Below, in pieces: positions 1 through 10,435 of a DNA stretch of 56,885 nucleotides. Under the pieces are notes generated by a model. That model had not been told where the DNA came from. It saw only the letters and a program-made list of their open reading frames with translations, and did not search any database. Every line of letters starts with the position of its first letter. Position 1 is the stretch's first letter. Position numbers and translations under genes: made by a program. The stretch lies in the sequence record DRR723986_44686. One strand, given 5' to 3'.

Positions 1-95
1 GCTCACCCATCCGGATGATAGCCTCCGGAATCCATTCATAAATAAACCAGGAGTAAACTCCATTAGAATCGTGGAAGTACCACAATTATTCACCT

Positions 96-1307
96 CTACT
101 TAGCTTTTGAATTGGCATGGTAATCATCGACCACTTGCTGATAATAGGAAATAAATTGAGGGACAATTTTTTTATCGGAAAAGCTTTCAATCACCTGCTG
201 GACGGCATTTTTTGATATTCTGCTTTTTTCCTGAAGGGGTAAATTCAGCACTTTTTCTATCAGGTGGGACAGGGTAACAGCATCTTTAGGTTGGATTAAA
301 AATCCAGTTTCCTGATCATCGATTAATTCACTCATTCCCCCTTCAGCACTGCCAATTACCAATGCGCCGGAGAACATAGCCTCTAAAGTAACCAAACCTA
401 AGGCTTCCCAATGGGAAGGAAAAACAGCAATGCTATGTGACTCATAGATGGTGTTTAATTCTTTTTTTGTGATATGCCCCAAGAATTCACACCATTTCTC
501 GTCTTTTAATTCCTGCTGGAGATTTTTGCCATAGCCACCCAATTTACCTGCAATGGTCAAGGTGAGATCAATGCCCTTACTTTTAAGGATCTTGCAGGCT
601 TCCACCAGTTCCCCTACACCTTTTTCATACGAAACAGTCCCAACGAAAAGGATCTTGGTCGAAGCCAAGGACTCTTCTGTGCGCTGAAATTGCCACTTTT
701 TGAGATTGATAGGATTGTAGAGTACGTTGATTTTATCGGCTGGAATATTGAAATATTTGGATGTCCAATCTTTCAGGCTATATGAGCATGAGGTAAGATA
801 ATCTGCGCTTGACAACACCCTCTTTTCAAAATAGCCCGTGAAAAAATTAGGTATAAGTTTCGGCCTAAATTTAAAGACACCACCATTATTCCGATCGAGC
901 AAACTAGATGTTTGTAATCTATAAACAACGGGAAAATCAAAGTTTTTGAAAAAGACAGACTCAGCTCCAAATTCAGATACTTCCAGTACATCTACGTTTT
1001 TCAGCTTTAGGACTTCACGTAAAACTTTTAAGCGATAGGAGAAGAAGCGGAAGAAAATCCTGAACTTCTTCATGGTAATCATACCTGGTTCGACCTGCGG
1101 AATGATAAAGTCCCCACCCTCTAAATTTATTTTTGTGAAATTGCCTTCAACCTCAATTGAATTTGTTCTAGTATCATCTGAGGCAGTAATTAACGTCACT
1201 TGATGTCCATGATCCAATATCATAGAGATAAGATCGTGAAGATAAGTAGCAATGCCTCCTCCCCTTTTGGAGTTATGATATTCCCTTGATACAAAAACTA
1301 TATGCAT
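96..1307 (-). CDS. Glycosyltransferase family 4 (GT-B)
   Basis: N-terminal GGIATY loop; C-terminal EALGLVTLEAM (E-x7-E) motif typical of GT4. Confidence 0.9.
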   Translation of the reverse strand: MHIVFVSREYHNSKRGGGIATYLHDLISMILDHGHQVTLITASDDTRTNSIEVEGNFTKINLEGGDFIIPQVEPGMITMKKFRIFFRFFSYRLKVLREVLKLKNVDVLEVSEFGAESVFFKNFDFPVVYRLQTSSLLDRNNGGVFKFRPKLIPNFFTGYFEKRVLSSADYLTSCSYSLKDWTSKYFNIPADKINVLYNPINLKKWQFQRTEESLASTKILFVGTVSYEKGVGELVEACKILKSKGIDLTLTIAGKLGGYGKNLQQELKDEKWCEFLGHITKKELNTIYESHSIAVFPSHWEALGLVTLEAMFSGALVIGSAEGGMSELIDDQETGFLIQPKDAVTLSHLIEKVLNLPLQEKSRISKNAVQQVIESFSDKKIVPQFISYYQQVVDDYHANSKAK

Positions 1308-1332
1308 GATTTATATACGTCGTTCTAAGATA

Positions 1333-2463
1333 TTACTTATGATTAAGAATACCAGATGCTATTCTATTTGCCACTTTTTCGGGTGAGTACTCTGCCTCAA
1401 TTTCTATAGATGCTTCTCCCATTTTCTGAAGATTTTGAGAATGGAAAAAATCCAACATTTCGAGAATTGAACTCTCTTGGAGTACATCAAAGACTTTACC
1501 ATTCACACCGTCTTTGACTAGTTCGGGGTAGCAGCCATTATAAATTGTAGTCGCTACGGGTAATCCGCACGCCATGGCTTCCGGAACAACCAAACTCCAA
1601 TTATCTTCCAAAGTAGGCATGACAAATACATCAGCAGAGGAATAATACTCATGAATATGGTCATAGTCCACGTGTCCAAGAATCTTAATAGACTCTGTAG
1701 ATGAGTACAACTCTTCTATTTGAGTTTTCAATTCCCCATCACCGATAAGTACCAAAGTATCATCCGGGTGGGTGCGAGCGTGGATGAGCCAAGCCTCACA
1801 GAGTTCCAGAATTCCTTTTCTATGGATGAATTGGCCTACAAATAAATAGTTTAATCCGGATGGCTTCACCTCTGAATTATTTTCTGCAAGATTATCGGTA
1901 CGTTTAGCAAGGTTGGCGCTATCTGCAGACATACAGCCTTCGATAATGGGTTTAGTACCTGCATTGATATCCGTTTTGAGGTAATCAGTGGTCAAGCTCC
2001 CATTTGCTAAATACCCATCAACAAATTTGCTGACCAAGTTTCGGTATTTTTTCCTCCAGTAAGGGCAATTTCGTTCGGTATGGTGAGTTCGTTCATAAGC
2101 AATCCATAAAGGGATGTTATTGGTTTTGGCATAAAAAGCCACTAAAGGTGTCCATTGAAAGAACCCTTCAGCTATCACTATATCCGGCTTAATTTCTTTG
2201 ATTGCTTTCAGCAAACCACGCTGAATAGGGACTTGAACCCCTTGATTGGAGAATTCCCCAAGTTTACCAAAGTTCAGAAAACGCTCTCCTTCCATACCAT
2301 GAGAATTTGGTCCCAGGGCCTTTTCGACTTTTCCAATAACCCTCTCCGGGATGCGGTTTTTAGAGTATAGCAGATGAAAATCACCTTTCAAGCGCTTATT
2401 CAACTCCTGATAAAGTGGGACTCTGTAATCTAAAAAGGAGGGATTAACCCAAAGTACTCTCAT
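1333..2463 (-). CDS. Glycosyltransferase family 4
   Basis: FVGQFIHRKG and DNWSLVVPEAMACGLP motifs. Confidence 0.9.
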   Translation of the reverse strand: MRVLWVNPSFLDYRVPLYQELNKRLKGDFHLLYSKNRIPERVIGKVEKALGPNSHGMEGERFLNFGKLGEFSNQGVQVPIQRGLLKAIKEIKPDIVIAEGFFQWTPLVAFYAKTNNIPLWIAYERTHHTERNCPYWRKKYRNLVSKFVDGYLANGSLTTDYLKTDINAGTKPIIEGCMSADSANLAKRTDNLAENNSEVKPSGLNYLFVGQFIHRKGILELCEAWLIHARTHPDDTLVLIGDGELKTQIEELYSSTESIKILGHVDYDHIHEYYSSADVFVMPTLEDNWSLVVPEAMACGLPVATTIYNGCYPELVKDGVNGKVFDVLQESSILEMLDFFHSQNLQKMGEASIEIEAEYSPEKVANRIASGILNHK

Positions 2464-3398
2464 TAACCTGATTGATAAATTTTAGAAATAAGCTTTTTGG
2501 AAATAGGAACAGGCAATATAGAAATACCTAGAAGTATGATCAATTTAAAACGTTCACCAGAATAGCTATAGGACTGGAGTAATTTTCTGCGTGCATGGGA
2601 GTTTTTTCCAACTTCAAGAAGTAATATACCTTTATTTTTCAACCATCGACCAAGGTAAAGGCTATAGCCTACTTTGCCTGCTTGCAGTGCAAAAGGCAGC
2701 AGTTCAAGCATCTCCCTTCCTACAGGATCATTATCAGTTTCGCGCAAGGTAGAGGCACCTTCATTAGCGCTATGGAAGATGTACTTACCCAAAGGTCGGG
2801 TGGAATAAGCTAATTGATGACGAAGCATCAATCGGGTCCAGGTAATCAGATCTTCTCCAGACTTTATCCCCACAGGGAATCCACCTACTTTAACCAGAGC
2901 TTCCTTATGAATAGCAATGGCTGAGGAATTAATAGGTGGATGAGATGCTGCCGCTACCTGGAAGTAATTTTCTACTACTCCTTGGTTCTCATTAAATTGG
3001 ATATGATTGATGGTAGCCGTCTCAGTTTTACCAGAGAGGTAGAAAAAGGTATAGGAAGTAGCAAGTACTTTCTCTTTAGGAAAAAGCCTATTTAAATATC
3101 TGATTTCTTTTAAGAACTCCTCGTCCCATTGATCGTCCGCATCCAAAAAAGTAACCCATTCATAAGATGCCTCTTCTACTCCTCTATTTCTTGCTGCAGA
3201 GACTCCCTGATTAGACTGGCATATCAAGCGAATCAAAGGGTTGCTCAGCTGTCTCACCAATTCTCTGGAAGAATCCTGACTTCCATCATCGACCACTATC
3301 ACTTCATCAGGCTTTTCGATCTGATTGAACACAGAATTAAGTGTCTGCAATATTGTGTCCTCTTTATTGAATAAAGGGATAATCAAGGAGATCTTCAT
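2463..3398 (-). CDS. Glycosyltransferase family 2 (GT-A)
   Basis: ISLIIPLFNK, VVDDGS, GVSAARN, FLDADD and GED motifs; TAATG 1-nt coupling to the next gene. Confidence 0.92.
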   Translation of the reverse strand: MKISLIIPLFNKEDTILQTLNSVFNQIEKPDEVIVVDDGSQDSSRELVRQLSNPLIRLICQSNQGVSAARNRGVEEASYEWVTFLDADDQWDEEFLKEIRYLNRLFPKEKVLATSYTFFYLSGKTETATINHIQFNENQGVVENYFQVAAASHPPINSSAIAIHKEALVKVGGFPVGIKSGEDLITWTRLMLRHQLAYSTRPLGKYIFHSANEGASTLRETDNDPVGREMLELLPFALQAGKVGYSLYLGRWLKNKGILLLEVGKNSHARRKLLQSYSYSGERFKLIILLGISILPVPISKKLISKIYQSG

Positions 3399-3400
3399 CG

Positions 3401-4624
3401 TTATAAATAAGCAAGCCCTCTTTTGCTTGCAGAATAGGTAATACCAATCATTGCAAAGAAATAATTGGGAAAGAATATTGTGTATTTAAGAATATTATCT
3501 GAATACATGAAGAATAAAAACCCAACGAAGAGCGTGAGGGTGGAACCGATCAGCACCTTAAAAAGGGGAATAGTATCTTGAATATAGAACTTCATCAACT
3601 GAATAAAGGTAACAGCAAATCCAGCTAAAAGGCATATTAAGCCAAGCCAACCGTAATTATACCGTACTGATAGGTAATCATTATGAGCTTCAGCTGAATC
3701 CTCTCCAGCCAATTCACTTAAAACAGCATTGTCCGATCTAGGACCGTTTCCAAAAATGGGATTTTTGGCTAAGCCAGGCTCCAATCCTAATTGCCATGCT
3801 GTTCTTCCGTTTGTATTAAGCCCACTACTACTCTCATAATAGTTGATACTCAAGTCAGAAATCTCTCCTTTGCCATCGTAAAAGGTTTTCTTTTGAAAGG
3901 ATTCAGAGCTAAAAACTATGGCAAACATGACCAAACCTAAGAGCGCATATGGGATTTTGGAGGAGATACTTTCATTAGAAAAGTGAATTACAAAAGAAGA
4001 AACAAATACCAAAATGGCCATTCGAGTTACAGACAAAAATGGCATCAGGAATAAGATCATGAATATTATCAAGTATTTTTTATCACCAAATACATAATAA
4101 ACACCAAGGGAGACGGTGGCCATCACATACAGCAGCATAGGAGTAGAAGCCATGTGAGGAGAATATCCCGTAAGGACTTTATATACCACAAATAACAAAA
4201 ACACAATAATTATCAGCCTTGCAAACTGCTGAAACATCCAAAACAATTTAGGCCAGGAGTAAGTAAAGGAGGAAGCGACTATACCTATAATGATAGGAAG
4301 AACATATTGAATGGTTAGCTGTAATCCTATAATTGAAAAATCAACGGATAGGGCTATAATCAGGTAAAGTATCCAGAAGATCCAATTTACAAGAGGGAAC
4401 ATTGGCCTATCACTCATGGAAAACAATAGGTAGATAGAAACCAACAAGCAGATAATCCAAGAAATCCCAGTCCAGTTGAATCCGAAAAATAATCCTGGAA
4501 GTATAGGGATTATCGAAGTCAAATAAGGAAGAAAAGAACAGAAAAACAGTGTGTTAAATAACAGTTTAAAGTTCTTATCCGGGATTTCCGTCCTAATACT
4601 GAAAAAGGTTATTAACTGTTCCAT
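3401..4624 (-). CDS. O-antigen polymerase/ligase (Wzy_C family) membrane protein
   Basis: About 10 hydrophobic segments; periplasmic loop with GRTAW, PIFGNG and AHNDYL motifs. Confidence 0.8.
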   Translation of the reverse strand: MEQLITFFSIRTEIPDKNFKLLFNTLFFCSFLPYLTSIIPILPGLFFGFNWTGISWIICLLVSIYLLFSMSDRPMFPLVNWIFWILYLIIALSVDFSIIGLQLTIQYVLPIIIGIVASSFTYSWPKLFWMFQQFARLIIIVFLLFVVYKVLTGYSPHMASTPMLLYVMATVSLGVYYVFGDKKYLIIFMILFLMPFLSVTRMAILVFVSSFVIHFSNESISSKIPYALLGLVMFAIVFSSESFQKKTFYDGKGEISDLSINYYESSSGLNTNGRTAWQLGLEPGLAKNPIFGNGPRSDNAVLSELAGEDSAEAHNDYLSVRYNYGWLGLICLLAGFAVTFIQLMKFYIQDTIPLFKVLIGSTLTLFVGFLFFMYSDNILKYTIFFPNYFFAMIGITYSASKRGLAYL

Positions 4625-4695
4625 TCAGAGGAAAATAATATTGCTGAGTTGTAGCGTTTCAAATGAGGTTTAATAATGCGCAATTTAGAAGGAAA

Positions 4696-5847
4696 TCATG
4701 ATGAATTAGACATTAAACTGTAAAGCTTCCCAATACTTTTATGGTAATCCTCAAAATCAAAACGGCTTTTAATAGACTCCTTTGCTGCCCTGGCCAATTT
4801 CATTCTTAGGTCTGAATCCTGAATAAGGAGCAACATATTTTCCATCAGAAGTTGGGAATTTCCCACGGGGAACAGCAAACCAGTTTCACCATGTGTAATC
4901 ACTTCAGCCAGCCCAAAGGAATCTGATGCGATGACTGGTTTTCCCACGTACATAGCTTCAGCAGCATATAAGCCAAAGGCTTCAAAGCGAGAGGGCACTA
5001 CTACAATATCCAGGTTTGAAGTATTGGGTACTACCTCAAGCGGAGGTAATTTCCCCAGGAATTGGACATCTTCAGTCAAGGCTAACTCCTGCACTAGGTT
5101 CCGTAATCTATTTTCATCCTCTCCTTCCCCGTATATAAGCAGCTCCATGTCTGCGCTATACTCTTTACGAAGGAGGGAAAAGGCATGTATTAATACATCC
5201 ACTCCTTTTACATAATTAAGCCTACAGACGGTTCCAATCCGAATTTTCTTGCTTGGGCTTGCTACGTGTAGCTGGGAAAGTTGAAAATCTATCTGTTCCG
5301 TATCCAGTGAATTGTAAATAGTGCAGTGTTTAGGAGCTTTAGTATAGGACTTTTTTAGAGAAAAAAGGTGACTATCACCAAACCAAGACTTCTCTGTGCT
5401 GAGGGATACAGAAAGAAAGGTAGTACAAGCAAAAGAGGCAACGTTCAAAATTAAGCCTGAAAATCTACCGTGCGAAGCTGTTTTGGGTTGATGGACAGTG
5501 GCTAGCACTTTCTTTATTCTTGCTAATCTGGCTGAGACAATTGGTAGGGCCCCAGGTGCTACGTACTGCACATGAAATATATCGAAGTTGTATTCCCTTA
5601 GTTTGGATGCAAGTGATCGTATAAAAGAGAGTGCTCCTATAGCTCTATCCCATTTCAATAGTGTGACTGTGGCTCCGAGATTTTCGAATTGTATGACCAT
5701 TAAAGGATCATACTCAAAGTAACAGATCACATTCACCTGATAATCATCCAGAATCAGCGACCTCACAAGGTTCAAGGTTTGGATCTCTGTGCCTCCCACT
5801 AATAAGCAGGGAATCCCTACACCTACATTTACTGCTTTATTGGACAA
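4696..5847 (-). CDS. Glycosyltransferase family 4 (TTG start)
   Basis: GGTE loop, RLNYVKG, EAFGLYAAEAM; start overlaps the upstream gene end. Confidence 0.88.
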   Translation of the reverse strand: MSNKAVNVGVGIPCLLVGGTEIQTLNLVRSLILDDYQVNVICYFEYDPLMVIQFENLGATVTLLKWDRAIGALSFIRSLASKLREYNFDIFHVQYVAPGALPIVSARLARIKKVLATVHQPKTASHGRFSGLILNVASFACTTFLSVSLSTEKSWFGDSHLFSLKKSYTKAPKHCTIYNSLDTEQIDFQLSQLHVASPSKKIRIGTVCRLNYVKGVDVLIHAFSLLRKEYSADMELLIYGEGEDENRLRNLVQELALTEDVQFLGKLPPLEVVPNTSNLDIVVVPSRFEAFGLYAAEAMYVGKPVIASDSFGLAEVITHGETGLLFPVGNSQLLMENMLLLIQDSDLRMKLARAAKESIKSRFDFEDYHKSIGKLYSLMSNSS

Positions 5848-7081
5848 GGCTTTTCAATAAATCTGATAAAATAATTGTCTGATTTTTTCGGGTAAAGAAT
5901 TCCGGATTAGAATCCACTTTCGTGGGCCAACTACCTTTTCGAAAATCTTCCACAGCAGCGAGCAGATAAGCTTTCATTGCTTTGACAGAACTAATTGCAA
6001 CGCCAAAGTGATGAGTCTCTATAAGTTCTTGCAATTCTGCCCCATCCCCTGGAACGCAAACAATTGGTTTTTGCACCCCTGCATATTCGAAAAACTTGGT
6101 CGTCAAAACTCCTTCTCTTCCCTGATTAGTAATAAGCAATAGGGCCTGGCTACTTTTCATAATTTCCACTACTTGGTCCATAGAAACCCGGGGAAAGAAC
6201 TGAACAAATTTTTTATTTTCATCCGTAAGATAGCCCGATAATTTTCCTTGGTCCACGCCGTAAAAATTAATCTTGAGATCATTGCTGCCTAACTCCCCTT
6301 CTTCAGATAACTCAGAAAGTGCCTGAAACAAAATCGCTGGGTTGTGATACCAATCATTCAAAATCCTTCCGAGATAAGAGATGGTGAAAGTTGAATCGAG
6401 GATATCTGTGGTTTCGGAGTGTGTAGGTTTAAAAATTGCATCATCGTATCCATTGTAGATGACTTCTGTTCTTTTACTCAACTTATCCTCTAAGATTTTT
6501 TTATGGAATTGAGAAACAGTGGTGATCAAATCTGCCTTTCTATTGGTAAAATGCCTCCTCCAAAGCATTCTGATCAGATGGACTTTTTCTTGAAGAGATC
6601 GTTTGTCAGCTTTTTCCTGTTCATAGATATCCCTGAAGTCAACTACAAATTTGCATGAGGCTTTTTGGGCAAGCATTTCACCAAGTGTAACTCCCCATTG
6701 GTCAGGAACAGAAGCCAGAATTATATCGAAATTTTGAGTTTTAATTAATTCCTCACCAACGGGAATTGCTAGATCTAGGAAGCCGGGAGGTGAGGAATAC
6801 TCAGGGTAGAAAAAGTCTCGAAACTTTCCAATCCAATTCCTTTTACCGATATATTCATGCTCCGATGGGTTAGTAATTCTAATAATTTTATCCTGAAGGG
6901 ATGGAGGTAAATCGACCTGCATCCCAGAATCCATCACAGGATCTTCTGTAGGGATAACCCTAGTGATCACCCAAACCTCCCAACCCAAGAGGGTAAGGTA
7001 TTTTGCAAACATGGTGGTACGCACTCCTCCTACAAATGCCTGAGGAGCGAAAGAGGGACTAATAATTAAAATCTTACCCAA
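5837..7081 (-). CDS. Glycosyltransferase (GT4-like, TTG start)
   Basis: KILIISPSFAP, VVDFRD and TKFFEY..QKP motifs of a GT-B subfamily common in capsule loci. Confidence 0.8.
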   Translation of the reverse strand: MGKILIISPSFAPQAFVGGVRTTMFAKYLTLLGWEVWVITRVIPTEDPVMDSGMQVDLPPSLQDKIIRITNPSEHEYIGKRNWIGKFRDFFYPEYSSPPGFLDLAIPVGEELIKTQNFDIILASVPDQWGVTLGEMLAQKASCKFVVDFRDIYEQEKADKRSLQEKVHLIRMLWRRHFTNRKADLITTVSQFHKKILEDKLSKRTEVIYNGYDDAIFKPTHSETTDILDSTFTISYLGRILNDWYHNPAILFQALSELSEEGELGSNDLKINFYGVDQGKLSGYLTDENKKFVQFFPRVSMDQVVEIMKSSQALLLITNQGREGVLTTKFFEYAGVQKPIVCVPGDGAELQELIETHHFGVAISSVKAMKAYLLAAVEDFRKGSWPTKVDSNPEFFTRKNQTIILSDLLKSLVQ

Positions 7082-7120
7082 AACCGTGTTAACAATTCTA
7101 AATCAAGATGAGAAATGCTT

Positions 7121-9559
7121 TTACTTCTTCTTCCCAAGAAGACGGCCAAGTGTCCCTGGTTTATCATCCTGATAGTATCCATAATCCTTTCCATAGCCAT
7201 AGCCATAACCATAGCCATAGCCATAGCCATATCTATGATCCACCTGGAAGTCATTAAGGACAGTATAGATTTTCTTCAACTCTTCCTTCTCTCTAAGGCT
7301 TTCTACAACCTTGATATTTGATTTTTCAGAGTATTTATGTCTGAATACAAAAATATTAATGTCAGAATATTTAAAGAGTTCTTTAGTCTCAGATACCAAA
7401 CCAACCGGAGGGCAATCCATCACTACTATATCGTAGGTCTCTTTAATTTCCACCATCATTTTGGCAAAAGAATCCTGAAGGATAAGTTCTGCTGGATTTG
7501 GAGGAACAGAACCAGAAAGCAGAATGTCCAAATTCTCGAAATTGCTACTTTTAACAGCATCTCTCCAATCCATTTTCTTACTTAGCACAGTACTAATCCC
7601 AACTTTGTTCTCCATCCCAAAATCATCGGCAATTTTAGGTTTCCTTAAATCCAATCCCATTAGTAAGACTTTTTTACCAGAAAGGGCATAGACTGAAGCC
7701 ATATTAATGGCACAGAAAGTCTTTCCTTCACCTGATATGGAAGAAGTGAAGAGGATTACAATTTTACTCTTGTCAGGAATCAAGTAAGACATATCAGATC
7801 TAAGTGATCTGAAGGATTCCGTCACCCCAGATTTAGGGCTTTCCAATACAACCCGGGAATGATCTAGGTTTCCTTTGCCTATTATGCCGAGAAATGGAAT
7901 GTCTAAGTGTTTTTCAAGGAAACGAGGATCATCTACCTTATTATTAAAATAAGATTTGATAGTTATAAATAAGAAAGGAATGCCTAAGCCCACAAACAAA
8001 CCTATGATCAAGTTGATCGATTTTTTAGGGAATACTGGAGCCAAACTGGATCTTGCTGAATTCAGTATCGAATTTTTAGGGAAATTAGATGCTTTGGTGA
8101 TCTCGGCTTCGTAGAGTTTTTCTTGAAGATAAACGTAGATAGACTCATTTATCTCAAACTGTCGCTGGATACCAACCAGCTTTCGTTCTGTGGCTGGAAG
8201 CTTATTGATCTCCCCGTTTATTCCATTGATACGGGAAGTAAGTTGAGCAATATTGGCTCTAATATTTGAGATTGCAGAATTCACATTCTCTGACAATACT
8301 TTTCTTGTATTCTCAATTTTTAGGTTTGCTTCTACTATCGCGGGATTCTGGTCAGAGAAACTAGCTGTAAGTCTGGTCTTTTCTGATTGAAGTTGAATCA
8401 AATTGCCCACCAAAGTAGTAAGCAAGTTATTCTCCATATCAGCAATAGATGGAGCCATTAAAGCATCAAAATCTTCTCTATCGAGATACTCTTTCAATTG
8501 ATTGTAATACCTAAGAGAAATTTCAGCCTTAGCACGTTCATTTTCAAGTTCCAACAAGCTCTCATAGACTCTTGAACCTTCCTCACTGAGGTTGAATATT
8601 TTGTTGTCTGTACGGTACTGCTGTAATCTATTTTCAAAAAAGGTAAGGGAATCTGTAATTCCACTAAGTTGATTTTGAATAAATAAGATGGTGGCATCTG
8701 ATGCTCTGTTTTTTTCCGCCAGTTCTCTATCCAGATAGGCATCCATCAGATTATTCAGGTAGTTTTCTCCCCTCTTTCTAATACCTGAATGAAGCGATAA
8801 GGCTAAGATCGAAGATTGTTCGTCCACTAATTGAACGGACAAGTCATTTGCCATACCCAAAGCCAAGGATGGGGTATCAATAATTTTAAAGTAAATCTCT
8901 TCACCTGGCAATGCTCCTGCATTCTTAATCGTCATTTTACTGAAATCATTGACAATTAAGGAATCAAAATAATATCCACGTTCGAACATGGTCATATTGC
9001 TCAAAGTGGTATTATAAAAGGGGTCATTAGGATTGTAAACAGACATTCCATCTTCTGCGACTTCAAGCTGAAATTGCGTGTCATCTATCACAGTAAGCTT
9101 AAATAATCCACCTACAATTTGTGGGTGCTTCCAGTCTACTTCCAAAAGTACAGGAGTATTGCCATACACCTGGGTTTTCTGGAAGATCCCATCTCTATAA
9201 TACGAAACATTAAAATTAAGGTCCTTCAAGGCTTCTTCTGCCAGGAAGAAAGACTTTAAAATCCAGACCTCATTTTGGGTATTCATTTTACTACTCCCAA
9301 GCCCCGCAGAGCTAAATAGGTCTGCAGTGATATCAGGCTTTTCTTCGTTGAGAATTATGGTACCCCGAATCTGGTAAACAGGCATCGCGTACTTATTAAA
9401 AAGAAACGCAATAGCTACGCAGAGAATTACACTAAACAAAAACCATTTCCAGTATTTTGTATAGTTGATTATAATTGCCCTTAAATCAAATTCTTCATTA
9501 GACTTAGAAATTGAAAAAACAGGGTAATTAAACTGATTATTCGACGGAGAGGTAGACAT
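7121..9559 (-). CDS. wzc: Polysaccharide co-polymerase / tyrosine autokinase (PCP-2a)
   Basis: Two TM helices flanking coiled coil; ESFRSLR, Walker A TSSISGEGKT, DLRKP, Walker B VVMDCPP; C-terminal YG-repeat tyrosine cluster. Confidence 0.95.
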   Translation of the reverse strand: MSTSPSNNQFNYPVFSISKSNEEFDLRAIIINYTKYWKWFLFSVILCVAIAFLFNKYAMPVYQIRGTIILNEEKPDITADLFSSAGLGSSKMNTQNEVWILKSFFLAEEALKDLNFNVSYYRDGIFQKTQVYGNTPVLLEVDWKHPQIVGGLFKLTVIDDTQFQLEVAEDGMSVYNPNDPFYNTTLSNMTMFERGYYFDSLIVNDFSKMTIKNAGALPGEEIYFKIIDTPSLALGMANDLSVQLVDEQSSILALSLHSGIRKRGENYLNNLMDAYLDRELAEKNRASDATILFIQNQLSGITDSLTFFENRLQQYRTDNKIFNLSEEGSRVYESLLELENERAKAEISLRYYNQLKEYLDREDFDALMAPSIADMENNLLTTLVGNLIQLQSEKTRLTASFSDQNPAIVEANLKIENTRKVLSENVNSAISNIRANIAQLTSRINGINGEINKLPATERKLVGIQRQFEINESIYVYLQEKLYEAEITKASNFPKNSILNSARSSLAPVFPKKSINLIIGLFVGLGIPFLFITIKSYFNNKVDDPRFLEKHLDIPFLGIIGKGNLDHSRVVLESPKSGVTESFRSLRSDMSYLIPDKSKIVILFTSSISGEGKTFCAINMASVYALSGKKVLLMGLDLRKPKIADDFGMENKVGISTVLSKKMDWRDAVKSSNFENLDILLSGSVPPNPAELILQDSFAKMMVEIKETYDIVVMDCPPVGLVSETKELFKYSDINIFVFRHKYSEKSNIKVVESLREKEELKKIYTVLNDFQVDHRYGYGYGYGYGYGYGKDYGYYQDDKPGTLGRLLGKKK
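7191..7232. repeat. Hexamer tandem repeat (CCATAN)x7 encoding the Wzc Tyr-Gly cluster
   Basis: ccatag ccatag ccataa ccatag ccatag ccatag ccatat read directly. Confidence 0.9.
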
Positions 9560-9565
9560 TAAGGA

Positions 9566-10402
9566 TTACTTTGTAAGGTTTAGCACCAAGGCTGCAAAAG
9601 TAAATAGTGTGATCAACAAGGTAAGGGTTTGAGCGGCATTTTCGCCTGCACCTACTTCTCTTACTTTGAGTGGTTCTGCATAGAGCTGATCATTAGGTCG
9701 AATGAAATAAAAATCGCTAGTAAGAAGGTCCCGGTCATTCAAATTGACATCATAGATTTCACTTCCATCCGCAAACTGACGAATAAGTTTGATCTGATCT
9801 CTATTAGCGAGTACGGTAAGATCTCCGGCATTTGCAATCGCCTCAAAGATTGTCATTCTATCTTGAAGAACCACATATTTTCCGGGAGCACGAAATTCCC
9901 CCAATGCACTATATCTAATACCACCCAATTTTACCTTCACAAAAAAGTCTCCTTTGATATAGGTTTTGAGATCATTTCTGATTTGTTCTTTTGCCTCGTC
10001 AATGGTAAGATTACCTACGTTGACTTTACCAAGAAGTGGGATATCAATGAATCCATCTCTATCCACAGTGTATCCAGTCATATAATACACATCTCCTCCA
10101 CCCTGCCCAGGTTGCATTGCCATGGTTTGGGTGCTTTCAAAACTATTCAGGCTAAAACCTTTTCGAAGAATTTCATCATTCGTCAGCACATGCACATCCA
10201 CAATGTCATTGTACTGAAGACGATAGTCTATCATATGATGAGGTATTCTTTTTCCTAGTGCCAAACTTTCATCATTCTCTTCATTCTGGAGATAAAGCAC
10301 CTTTTTGTTGGAAATGCAGGAAGTAATTAATCCGAAAAAGCAAATAATTAAAAGTATCCTATAGGCATAATTTGCTCTAAAGAAATGGTTTGAGTTATTC
10401 AT
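9566..10402 (-). CDS. wza: Polysaccharide export outer-membrane lipoprotein (OPX)
   Basis: Lipobox ITSC; YTVDRDGFIDIPLLG poly_export motif; SLBB segment GEFRAPG; C-terminal helix; directly upstream of wzc. Confidence 0.92.
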   Translation of the reverse strand: MNNSNHFFRANYAYRILLIICFFGLITSCISNKKVLYLQNEENDESLALGKRIPHHMIDYRLQYNDIVDVHVLTNDEILRKGFSLNSFESTQTMAMQPGQGGGDVYYMTGYTVDRDGFIDIPLLGKVNVGNLTIDEAKEQIRNDLKTYIKGDFFVKVKLGGIRYSALGEFRAPGKYVVLQDRMTIFEAIANAGDLTVLANRDQIKLIRQFADGSEIYDVNLNDRDLLTSDFYFIRPNDQLYAEPLKVREVGAGENAAQTLTLLITLFTFAALVLNLTK

Positions 10403-10435
10403 ATTTATAAATGTGTAACAAATTTGAGTGCAATA

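Noticed and set aside
7066-7321. Short ORFs with MAMAMA and IAIAIA repeats
   Set aside because: Alternative-frame readings of the wzc tyrosine-cluster microsatellite
9629-10258. 209-aa plus-strand ORF
   Set aside because: Entirely antisense to the well-supported wza, with no motifs; a shadow ORF
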